From Blepharisma stoltei ATCC 30299 (lineage: Eukaryota; Protista; Ciliophora), in the NCBI GenBank assembly GCA_965603825.1, contig CBFDEM010000036.1, forward strand, positions 434,001 to 498,000: a stretch of 64,000 bases of DNA, read 5' to 3'. The position numbers and the translations under genes were made by a program. The notes below the pieces were generated by a model, which was given only the letters and a program-made list of their open reading frames with translations, had not been told where the DNA came from and made no database searches. Below are positions 49,016-60,186 of this stretch, piece after piece (positions within the stretch are counted from its first letter, which is position 1; every line of letters begins with the position of its first letter).

Positions 49016-49846
49016 ATGGAAGGCGACCAAAAAAAGCCTAGAAGGCTTCGAGTCTTCAGAGAAATGACTGAAGGGCGAGCACTTCAAGAGCCTTTACCCC
49101 AAATCATTGGAAATCCTATTGGTATTCCAGGTACCCAAAATGTTGGTAAATATATGTTCATAAAGAATTATGAAATTAGGCCAATCCAACCCATCCCTCA
49201 AGACTTTAGAGTTCTTGAGGATGAATCTTCCAAATTTTGTGAAAATACTTTTCACGATACAATCTTCGACCAAGAACAGCTAGCTTTCAGCCATTCCAGT
49301 GGCAGTGCAACTCAAAGCCCAATGATCACTGTGAGCACTGAAGAAAGCAGCAGAGAAAGTTCTGATGATCACAGAAGAAAACCAAAAAAAAGGCCTCTCG
49401 ATGAAGAAGAAATGTCGCTCTACATTGTCAATGTTGAAGCTGTAGAACGTGGGGAAGATATTCGAACTACGATAATGATAAAAAACATTCCGAACAAATA
49501 TACTCAGAAAATGCTGCTTCAAACAATTGATAAAAAGTTTGTGGGAACTTATGATTTTTTTTATCTACCGATTGATTTTAAGGTAAAATTTATGCAGAAT
49601 AAGTGCAACGTAGGATATGCATTTATTGATTTCATTGATTATAGATATATTCCAGCCTTCTACTTAGAGTTCGAAGGCAAAAAATGGGAAAGGTTTAACT
49701 CAGATAAAATCTGCTCATTAGCATATGGAAGAATCCAAGGACGACAAGCCTTGATTCAGCATTTCCAAAGTTCATCTGTTATGAATCAAGAGGACACAAA
49801 GGTGAAACCATTGATTTTACCTTTCAAAAACCCAAACATGGGCTAA
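49016..49846 (+). CDS. Mei2-like RNA-binding protein (C-terminal RRM3 only)
   Basis: RTTIMIKNIPNKYTQKML, YDFFYLPIDFK|NKCNVGYAF, WERFNSDKIC...YGRIQG. Confidence 0.92.
   Translation: MEGDQKKPRRLRVFREMTEGRALQEPLPQIIGNPIGIPGTQNVGKYMFIKNYEIRPIQPIPQDFRVLEDESSKFCENTFHDTIFDQEQLAFSHSSGSATQSPMITVSTEESSRESSDDHRRKPKKRPLDEEEMSLYIVNVEAVERGEDIRTTIMIKNIPNKYTQKMLLQTIDKKFVGTYDFFYLPIDFKVKFMQNKCNVGYAFIDFIDYRYIPAFYLEFEGKKWERFNSDKICSLAYGRIQGRQALIQHFQSSSVMNQEDTKVKPLILPFKNPNMG
49583..49597 (+). other. 15-nt in-frame, stop-free intron (GTAAAATTTATGCAG)
   Basis: Removal restores the invariant Mei2 motif LPIDFKNKCNVGYAF; the ORF track shows an inserted VKFMQ. Confidence 0.92.
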
Positions 49847-49880
49847 TTTCTATTTTAAAATCAGTTTGCTATAATATATA

Positions 49881-50897
49881 ATGTTTGAATATTGTTATGT
49901 CTGCTATACCGATCATCCGAAATTAGACTTTTGCGATCTTTCATGCGGCTGCCGATTTTGTCGGGAAGTGATAAGGTCTTGAATTTTTACTCAGCTCAAT
50001 AAATATTTTGTGGAAGATTTTTTTATAATTTGTCCCAAAGGTGACCGCGGACATTATTTGAACGAAGAAGATATCAGAAAATGTCTAACTCCTGAAGAAT
50101 TTTCAAGCTACCAATTTATTTTATTAAAACGAAGCTTATCGCATGACGAAGATTATAGGTACTGCCCATCAAGAAATTGCAATTACATAGGCTGGATTGA
50201 CTCTACGAGCACTTGCACAAGCTTACTTGAGTGCCCGATGTGTTTGATAAAATGAAAAGATCCGACTCTAAACCCTCTTTCTAAGCGATTATATAGCAAT
50301 ATCCAAGCTGTATTTACAGGAAATATTGAAATTTTTAGCTTGCTATGAAAAGAACTGTGGACAAAATTGTGCCCGATGTGCAGCTTTCCAATAGAAAAAA
50401 ATGGAGGATGCCCACATATGGTATGTCAGAACTGCAACCATGAATTTTGCTGGAACTGCTTGAGCGACTATAATAATCATAATTTCAGCAGTTGTGAGTT
50501 CAGATTTGCTTATAGCAGTATATATTTTGCATGGGTTATAATATTACTGATTTTGAAAATATTTTATTCTTCACCTTTTATCTGTGAATTTGCTTTATTT
50601 TCAGTAAAACATATAATCATCCTGACAATTTCATCTGCTATGTTGCTTCTTTCGATAGGAACTTGCTTAGGTGCTTATTACTTATCACTTGCTAAATGGA
50701 ACAGATCGTGATCATCATTGCTTATGTTTGCAAGCGTTCTTGCTGCTGATTATTTTCTTATCAGTTCAATAGAATCTAAAACTCACGAGGAGTTTCTGGA
50801 AATTGTGTGGCTTACAATAGACCTTGGTTTCACATTTCTCTGCTGCTGGGGAGGCTGCTTTCTTCTTTATTATAGAAGACCCGCCTTAAAAATGTAA
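49881..50897 (+). CDS. RBR (RING-IBR-RING) E3 ligase with C-terminal TM helices
   Basis: One frame through four TGA. CYVC...[16 protein letters not shown]...CPMC, RING2 [26 protein letters not shown], then hydrophobic segments. Confidence 0.85.
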
Positions 50898-50905
50898 TAA
50901 TAAAT

Positions 50906-52051
50906 ATGAACAGATTAATTAAATCTGCTTTAATATTGCTTTTGCTAGCCATTCTGATAGAATTTCTAATCTTAAAAAGCCCAGAAGACCCGAGAAGACA
51001 AGACATTTCGTAAGGCTAACTCAGACCACAAGAGAAAATTAAAAGTGTAAAGGGCAATATCTTAGATGATGAAGGAAAACTCATTTATTCTGGATTTCTT
51101 ACAAAGCCAGGCATCCAATGGGATTTCGATGCTTTGAAATCAAAGTGGAACAAACGCTACCGATTCAAAGAATGGGAATTCTACGCCATTCACCACGAAA
51201 ATGTAACCATTTCTTTTGGGATTGCCAATTTCCATTATGTAGCAAGCGTGTTTTTCACTGTATACGAAAAAGGTTCAATTCCCCAATACCATCAAAAACT
51301 GATTCTACCTAATGAGGAACTTACTTTGGCGAAGCATCCTCTTAATGGGAAAACAATATATGAATCGGGTAATTATAAAGTGGATTTTAAAAACCGCGAT
51401 AACAAATTTAAGCACCTCGAACTGAAATTCGATGATAAGCTAGAGCTCTCATTGGATGTTTTTAAAAAGACTGATGATTCTATGGCATCTTTGACTCCTT
51501 TTAATAGTGATGGGTCAAACTTCTACTACACATATAAAGATTATAATAATTATATCAGTGGTAAAGTTACTGCCTTTGGAAAAGTTTATGATTTTTCTGA
51601 TAGAATTGGAATGATTGACTGGGGAAGAGGAGTCTGGCCTTATCATAGCTTTTGGATTTGGGGATCTGGCCAAGGGAAAATAGGTCCAAACTCAGCTATT
51701 GGTTTAAACATTGGAGAATTTATGTTTTCACCAATTTCCAAGGCCACAGAAGACTGCGTATTTTTAGATCGCACTATGTACAAGCTTGGCAACTTCATTA
51801 CTTCGTATCCAAAAGATCTTTCGCAACCTTGGGAATTTAAAACCACAAATCAACATCCCACAGATGAATATGGATCGGCCAGCATCATTTTTTATCCTGA
51901 AATAAAAAGTATATTTGCCTCCAACTTTTGGCTGATCCAGTCTCATTTCGATCAAGCATTCGGGGTATTCGAAGGGAATATCACAACTCGGGACGGAGAA
52001 ATTTCATTCAAGGCTCGAGGGCTAGTAGAGGTCCATCATACTAGATGGTAA
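50906..52051 (+). CDS. DUF2804-family protein with N-terminal signal/anchor
   Basis: KEWEFY, DWGRGVWPY..FWIWGSG, GLNIG, ATED, QPWEF, QAFGVFEG; one 15-nt intron. Confidence 0.72.
51010..51024 (+). other. 15-nt intron (GTAAGGCTAACTCAG)
   Basis: Removes an in-frame TAA; contains a CTAAC branch-like motif with A at -6. Confidence 0.88.
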
Positions 52052-52088
52052 TAAATAAGAAATTTCTATATTAAGTTAAATTAAAAGG

Positions 52089-53576
52089 ATGGGCTGCTGT
52101 ACGTCTTCGAAATCTTCCAGGCAAAAATCACACAAAGCTGAAAAAAGCGAGAAAAATGAGCTGCCAATCAGCCCAAGCAATTTTGTGCAGCTGATTAAAG
52201 GCAAAGTTACGGATCGATACCAGCTAGGGAAAATACTTGGAGATGGAGGATTTGGACAAGTTAAGCTGGGCATGCAAAAAGAAACGCAGATCGAGCGAGC
52301 AATAAAGTTCATACCCGTCGAAGCCACTGATGACGCCAAAATCAGCAAGATGATGGAAGAAGTGAACATATTGAAAAAGCTAGATCATCCAAATATTATC
52401 AAAGTTTTTGAGGTGTACCAAGACACTCGATATTTGTGCATTGTCACTGAGCTATGCACTGGAGGAGAATTATTTGATAGAATAAAAGAAGCTAACCCTT
52501 TTACCGAAAACCAAGCAGCGCGTTATATGCTTGATATGGTAAGTGCTGTTAAATATTGCCATGAGGCTGGGATTGTGCATAGAGATTTGAAACCTGAAAA
52601 TTTGCTATTAGAAAATAAAAAGCCAGATGCAAGGTTAAAATTGATTGACTTCGGGACTTCGAAACATTTTGAGCCGAAAGAGAAAATGAAGCATTTTATT
52701 GGGACTTCTTATTATGTAGCGCCTGAAGTGATTAGTGGGAGTTATGACAGTAAATGCGATGTTTGGAGCTTAGGAGTGATCTTATATATTATGCTCTCAG
52801 GGTATCCTCCTTTTAACGGTCGCTCTGATGAAGAAATTTATAAAAAGATCCAAAAAGCCCCGCTATCATTTAGATCCACAAATGGAAATTGAAATAATGT
52901 AGCAAAGGAAACAAAAGATTTCATTAAGCTTCTCCTTACTAAAGATCCTGCTAAGCGTCCAGATATTACTGAAGTGTATAATAACGATTGACTCCAAAGC
53001 CGGGCTAATAATAGAGTCGAAGACATTCCAGTCTCAAAAGAATCGCTTGAACTGCTTTCATCATTTAACACTCAAAGCAAGCTTCAAAGAGCAACGATGA
53101 CTTTTATTGCTTCACAGCTGGTTTCGAATGATGAAATTGCTCATCTTCGTGACACCTTTCAAAGTCTTGACGAAAATGGGGATGGCAAACTAAGCACGAG
53201 CGAGCTTAAAAATGGGTTTTCGAAGCTTCCTGGCCATATAAATATTGATGTTAATGAAATGATGAATCAGCTAGACGCAGATGGGAATGGATTCATAGAT
53301 TATACTGAATTTTTGACGGCCGCTATTAATTGAAGTAAAACACTGAATAAAGAAAGGCTGCTTGCAGCCTTTAAACACTTTGATAAGGATGGGAGTGGGA
53401 AAATTTCATTAGAAGAGCTCAGAGAAGCACTTGGAGGGAATGAAGATAGCGACCATGTATTTTTAGCAATGCTTGCAGATGCAGATAAAAACGGTGATGG
53501 AGAGATCGATCTTGAAGAATTCACTCAGGTGATGATCTCCAAAGTTGAAAATAAGCCTCATAAAAATAGGATCTAA
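52089..53576 (+). CDS. Calcium-dependent protein kinase (CDPK)
   Basis: MGCC acylation motif; kinase domain (GGELFDRI, HRDLKPEN, IDFG, DVWSLGV); four EF-hands after three in-frame TGA. Confidence 0.95.
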
Positions 53577-53793
53577 AAAAGACGACGAAAATAAGTGTTA
53601 ACCATTTATATAGATTTACTTCGAGTTTAATTAGACCTTAAAATATGAATTAATAGGAAAAGTATATAATAATAAATTCTTAATATCGTTTTTACTGTAA
53701 TTTTTGAACAGTTAATCTTCCTCTACTAATATTTAGATTTTCCAGATAAGCCACACTATATTTTATGCTATAAGATTGTTAATAAAACCAATA

Positions 53794-55440
53794 ATGAAAT
53801 CGTGGTTCGCTGTACTCATATCGATTGCAGTAATTCTGCTATTTCAAACCGCTGACTCCCAACAGATTCTCACACAAAGCATCAGGTACATAACTCAAGA
53901 ATTGGCTTCAAATGAAAAGGCAACAGAAATTATCGAATTTCAAACTGCTCTGATCCAACAAATAAACTCAAAAATGCCTCAAGGCCTAGACCTCTTCTGT
54001 GATTACACTATTTTTTCACCAGAAAGTGTTCTGGTCAAAGAGTCTGCTCACGACTGACAGGTTGGAGACCTTTTTGTTCATAATGGTTTTTCCTTTGCTC
54101 TTCTGATTGCCATTGCAGTCCTTTCTGGATTTTTCTTAGGGAACTCGTTTCGATCTTGCAACAATGAGCCTGATTCCCCACTTCCAGCAATAACTTTGCC
54201 ACCCAGAAGAAGATCGATTGCTGAAAAAGAGAAGCAGACCTTATTTGAATTTATGTCAGAAAACAGAAGTTCTCCAAAGATGGCAAAAGAAAAGCCGAGC
54301 CAGGTGACCATAAGAATCAACTATGACAATGCTCCTGAAGCCTTATCGAACTTTACTTTGCATTTACCATCAAATAGTCAGAAAAGCAACAAGCACGAGT
54401 CTACAACTGAAAATAAGCTTATCAAAGATAGTGTAAATAAATATGAAAAACTCCTTCAAAATGGCCATGGAGCCCGAAATTTTGAGGTCGTTTCAATGCT
54501 TGGAAGAGGTGGCTTTGGTAGCGTATTCAAGGCACGTCATCTTCTTGATGAGCAATATTATGCTATCAAAGTTATAAGAATCAAGGTTGGGCTAAATCAA
54601 AGCTTATACGAGCACAAGGCTTTTCGAGAGGTTTTATCCATGATGCAGCTTAACTCAAAGCACGTTTTGCGCTATTACAACTGTTGGCTAGAAAGTGAGG
54701 GTGACCATAATATTAGATCCACTGAGTCAACAGATCAAAAAGATGAAGAAAGTGAGTCTTCTGAACTAAGCAGCTCCTCAAGCTCTTTGGCCTCAATTTC
54801 TGAGCCTTATTTCCAGCTTAACCTCAATATTCAAATGGAATATAGCAAGGGTTGTACCTTGAAAAACTGGCTTGAAAGACCGGAAAGAGGAATTGAGAGA
54901 AGGGAAAACGTTCTGCTTTTTAGGCAGCTTTTGAAAGGAGTTTTACATATTCATCAATGCAATTTTATTCATAGAGACTTAAAGCCAGCCAATATCTTCG
55001 TGGATAAAGAGTTGTGTGTAAAGATTGGGGATTTCGGACTTGCTGTCATAAACAATTATTTGGAAGCTGAGCCGTCAACCCCACTTGAAAAAGCTCACTC
55101 TTCAAATGTTGGAAGTCCGCTTTATCTGGCACCAGAACAGGAAAATGGGTTTAGTTATGATGAAAAAGTGGATGTTTACCCGCTGGGTATGATATTGCTA
55201 GAACTTTGTGTAAAAATGGAAACTGACCATGAACGATATTTGCTCCTCAAAACTCTAAGATACAAGCATGAACTTCCCAAAGAAGTCGTAGAAAAGTTTG
55301 GAGTGGAAAGCGAGATGATTCTTTGGCTTACTGCGAAAGATCCCAGTGATCGCCCATCTATTTCTGAAATTATGAAAAGCAAGCTGATGGAGAGATGGGA
55401 AAGCGAATTTCAGCTCTCACCTCTTAATCATAATTTATAA
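53794..55440 (+). CDS. Transmembrane eIF2-alpha kinase (PERK-like topology, 548 aa)
   Basis: Signal peptide, short lumenal segment, TGA 54055 read through, TM FSFALLIAIAVLSGFFLG. The kinase has LGRGGFGSVFKARH..D...YAIK, RYYNCWLE, a Ser/Glu insert, LNIQMEY, HRDLKPANIF and KIGDFGLA. Confidence 0.87.
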
Positions 55441-56287
55441 CAAAGCACTGAAAACATATTTAAAAAAATTATTTAAAAATAAGTCCATCTTTTTAATATG
55501 AAAAAATAACCGATAAAATATATTGTCATATTTTCTAATAGCAAACAAATTTATATATCTCAATCTAATTATTTAGTTACTGATAAAGCTTTTTGTTTTA
55601 TCGTTTTCTTATAAATTCAGTTATATTTAAAAAGTTCTTATTATGATTAATGATAGAAAATATTGATTTTGGCTTTTAGAGAGTCTAGGATTTTTTTAAA
55701 TAAATTATTTCAAATTAAATTCAATGATTTTGAGAATAGAAAGCAATTTTAATTTTATAATAAATCGTAATTATAGAGTAATTCTATGGATTTCTCTTAC
55801 ACTCAATGGGGGTTTATACACTTAAAAAGCAAAATAAAAACGAAATTTTCAATTTTAAAAAGTTAAAAAGTTAAATCTTTAATGTTTATGAAAATACGAA
55901 AGTTGCAATGATCTCTGGATATTTAACTCTATATTTATAGTTCATATATAAAATTGATAGTACAACTACCCAATCATTTTCTTATAGAACCCATAATAGA
56001 AGTAGTTTGAACATAAATAATGCTGAATATAGAAGCCCGCACAGAATCCTCTCTATTTCAGAAGAGTCTTTAATTATTTTTCTTGCTATTTGAGTAGCTT
56101 ACCATCGATTTTTCTATATTTTTACTCGATAAGTGCATTAATGCAGAGAAATGCTTTTTTTTTATCTCACTGACATTATTAAATAAACCAACTTGAAGAT
56201 TCTCTATAGTAGGCAGAAAATAATTATAATATAAACGAAATGGGAAATAAAGTTGTAGTTATATAATATTCTGTGTGTATAATAAAT

Positions 56288-57409
56288 ATGAGTATTCCTC
56301 TATCTATAAGAACGTTCACATGGAAAAGAGATTCCCATGGACTATTTGACTATGAAACAAAAGACATGGCCATAAATAACTTTAAAACAGTGAAATCAGG
56401 AAGAGTTATATTAGCAGGAGAATCCTGCGAATTTAATACTGAAAACTCTCTACCTCTTGAAGGTGTACTTGTACAGGTATATGAAACTAATAACGAATAT
56501 GTAATCAGATCAGAAAAGCAAGACCGTTTCTGATTTGTCGTTAAAGATTACCACGGTGAAGAAGGCTATAAAGGCTATAAATTAAGCGAAGATGACATCA
56601 TAAAAATTGGCAGAATAAAACTTAAGGTAAAAGAAATAAACTACAAAGGATATGAACCTATCCAAGAACTTAAAGATGAAGAAGAAGATGAAAGGCCATC
56701 CAACGGAGCAGCCTGCCGGTTTTGCTTAGGTGACACAGAAAAGGACAACAACCCCTTAATCACTCCTTGCAAATGTTCAGGAAGCATGAGATTCATTCAT
56801 TATAAATGCTTGCAAGTTTGGCTCATGGAGAAAGTGAAATCCAAACAGACAGGAAACTCTGTTTCCTATAGCTGAACCCAGCTACAATGCGAAATTTGCA
56901 AGGAACTATATCCTACTTCAATAAAAATTGAAGGAAAGCTATGCCCCTTAATTGATGTCCACAAGCCTCCACTTCCTTATATCATATTGCAGGACCTCAG
57001 AAACGAGAGATCTGAACAGAGTCTACATGTATTATCATCAGTCGATAATTCAATAGTAAAAATCGGAAGAGGCCATGAAAATGAAATCAGAGTGTCTGAT
57101 ATTTCAGTCAGCCGATGCCATTCTACAATAAAAATATCAAGAAATGGCTTCTTTTTGGAAGATAATGACTCTAAATTCGGGACTTTAGTATTGGCAAGAA
57201 AGCCAGTCCTACTTAAAAGAAACTCGAGTCTCGTTGTTCAATGTAAAAGAACTGTGATACAGTTTAGCCTCAAAGAGCCATATAATCTAATGAGAATATG
57301 TTTGGTGTGCTGTAGAAGCAGCTCAGAGATTGCTCCTGAGCAGCAAGTTGACGAGAGAGGCCAAGAGTGGGAAGAAGAATTAAGCGAGCAAGACGAACCG
57401 TCAGCATAA
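56288..57409 (+). CDS. FHA - RINGv (C4HC3) - FHA E3 ligase-like protein
   Basis: TWKRDSHGLFDYE N-terminus, IKIGRIK, CRFCL...PCKCSGSMRFIHYKCL..W...CEIC, IGRGHENEIRVSDISVSRCHS...DNDSKFGT; two TGA. Confidence 0.88.
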
Positions 57410-57422
57410 TTTATTAATGTTA

Positions 57423-59957
57423 CTAAGCTTTTGCTAACTCTGTTCGTAAAATAGCAGCTTCATCTGGCGTTGGCTTGTCGATACCGTTTTCTATAACTCT
57501 GAGTCTGTATTTCCTTATATTCGTCATACGAGATAACATTTTAATGCTGATATTCTTTCGTCTTCGAATTGATTTAATATAATCAGCATTTATATCAACT
57601 TGTGTAATATCTTGTTGATCATTGAAAAATAGTGTGTCGTTCATTTTGTCCATACTTGCTGTTCCTTTCAATGTATCTGATAAGCCGCTATGACTTCCTC
57701 TGTGTCCGCCTAAATATCCTGCTCCCCCATAATCACCAAGCCCATTCTTTCCTAGGCCAAGCCCATTTCCATCAGGAAGCAAAGAGCCATCATCAAGGTT
57801 ATTTATCTCAAGAGCATTTGCGGTTTTTCTAGTGAATCTTTTTCTGGGTCTAGTGATTGGAGCCAATTCTTGATTTGCTTCTAGATGGCCATAGCAGAAA
57901 TTTTCCCAAATCAAATAAATCATTGCAAATATAAACCTGCAAGCAAGAATGGCTAAGCCTATAAATGCAACAGCGTAAATTGCCCAATAGTAGATGTTTT
58001 GTTTTCCCTGCTTATCAATCAAATCAAAGAAATAAGCAAGTGTAGCATTTGATAAGGCCCATATAATGGTCCATCTAGCTCTGAATTCTTCATATTCTTC
58101 AAGCCTATTTTTCTCTTCTTCGCTTAGTTGATCTGGTCTGCTACCCCATGAGCAATCATGAATGTTACACATTGCATAAACCAAAAATATGTTGACGTAC
58201 GAAGGAGATAAAAAGACAAAGTGGATGACCCCTTTCAGCACAGGGATGCAAGCCCAAAATGCTACAACATTAATTGCAAAGAAGCTTACAGAAACGATCA
58301 TCAAAGGCCCAACCCAGCTGTAAGTAATACTGTGACTAAACAAAAACATCAGCTGAAGAATTGTGATAAACATCATGTAGAACCCAAAACAAATGGCTAA
58401 GTACTTAAAAATATCATCAACTCTTCTTGGCTTTACACCGAGCGACAGACTTACTGACACTATCATAAGCCAGACATAAAATAAAATCAGCCAATTCCCA
58501 AACCCTGCCAAATTTGAATCTTTTGTTTCATTTGGAAAAACTCGTCTAATCGAAATTGCAAATGCTAAAAAGAAAGAAGCACACAAAAACCATTGAAACA
58601 CCACATTGATGCAATAATACCCCATCTGCATAATGATTGCAATTTTCCTGCATCTCCCATGTCCTGAATAAAATACTTTCCTTGCATTTTTGATTGAGTC
58701 AATCAAAGCAAACCAGGATCCGTTGATCCATCTTCTTCTCTGAGCCATTAGAACAGATATATTTTCAGGTACATCAGTCTCTGCAATTGATTTTTTAACA
58801 TACCGTAAAATGTAGCTGTGCTTGGCTTTGCTGACAAGAGAAAGGCAAAGCACGCGATCCTCTGCTAAATAAATATTTGAGTGAAAGGCGTCCATAAGCT
58901 CAGGATGGCAAAGAGATTTAAAGTAGTCTTCCCATAAAGGCTCGCCTTGTAACGCCTCTCATACATAAGCACTAAAGGCACCTGGAAGGACAGAAATGTA
59001 ACCGATGACACTTTCCAGAGCCTTGTCGAAAATGTGAGAAAATTTATATTCAACAACTTGGGCGCCGACAACTAGTTTCCAATAATTTGGGTCCATAGGT
59101 CTGATTTCACCACAGCAGCCTGCAACTCTATCATCTGTCTTCATAGCTTCGTAGAGGTAAAAGAGGGATTTAGGAAGCGGCTTTGTTCCGACGTCCAACA
59201 AAATGCAGTACTTAGGGTTGATCATCTCACAAAATCCCCCAAAAAACCATAAGTGGCTGTTAAGCTTTCTCCTATTTTTCTGTTTTACACAGAAAATAAG
59301 CTGGAGTGGGGCTTCTGAAGTATCAAAATAAGCTTTTTGGAAGAAGCAATGCGCGAATTCATCTTCGTCTTGCTCATCAGGCAATCTGCAATTTAAAACA
59401 TTGTCAACATGGAAAAATTCTTTAATTTTCTCTTCTTTAAAAAATTGAGAAAAAAAGCTTCTTTGTCTCTTGAAAGTTTCCATAAAAGGTTTTATTCCAT
59501 CCACAATCACAACAACGCAGAGCTGTTCAGGGGAAAGCCCGACTTTTCGAAAGTCTTCAATGTTAGAAGCGATTCCAAGCATTGTGTCTTTGAAATTTTG
59601 AACTTCTTCATTATACATTGCAACGACCATCAAAATTTCACATTTGCTTTCTCCACCTTCGGAATATTCATATAATAGATCTGTAAATATACTTTCTCTA
59701 AAATCGCTGTCTGGTGGGACCCAAGACAGCCCATCACATCTGCTGAGTCCTTTGACTTGCTTTGCCCCAATATATCTATTTTCAATTTGTTTCAGCAGCT
59801 TAAGAGGCTGATATACGATTTCTTCACTATATCCTAAAGGCTTTTCTCCAGAATATATGGATTTTTCATTGGATCTATATGTAATTGCAGAAAGGCCTTC
59901 TATTTGGGGTAGAGGGTAATGGCTTGACTGATTAATTTTTGAGATTTCTTGTTTCAT
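57423..59957 (-). CDS. CHS: Chitin synthase (GT2, division-1-like, 844 aa) with C-terminal HTH-like domain
   Basis: MYNE, KQKNRRKLNSHLWFF, LLDVGT, GCCGEI, QVVEYK, VLPGAFSAY, YLAEDRVLC, TDVP, QRRRWING, NIHDCSWG; TGA 58959 read as W. Confidence 0.93.
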
Positions 59958-60186
59958 TTAAATAATATTTTAATAAATCCATTTGTGATAAATCAACATA
60001 GACTGATCATCGTAAACGGAAAAAAATTAATTATAATTTTTATAAAAAGCTTAGTTTTGTAATAAGAAAATATAATTTTTTTTGATTTATTTATTTTTTT
60101 TATATCTAAAATGGAAAGAAAATTGGGCATAGAAATTAATCCAATAGTTTTATAAAGATATAGAGCATTATCTCTTCATTATCATT

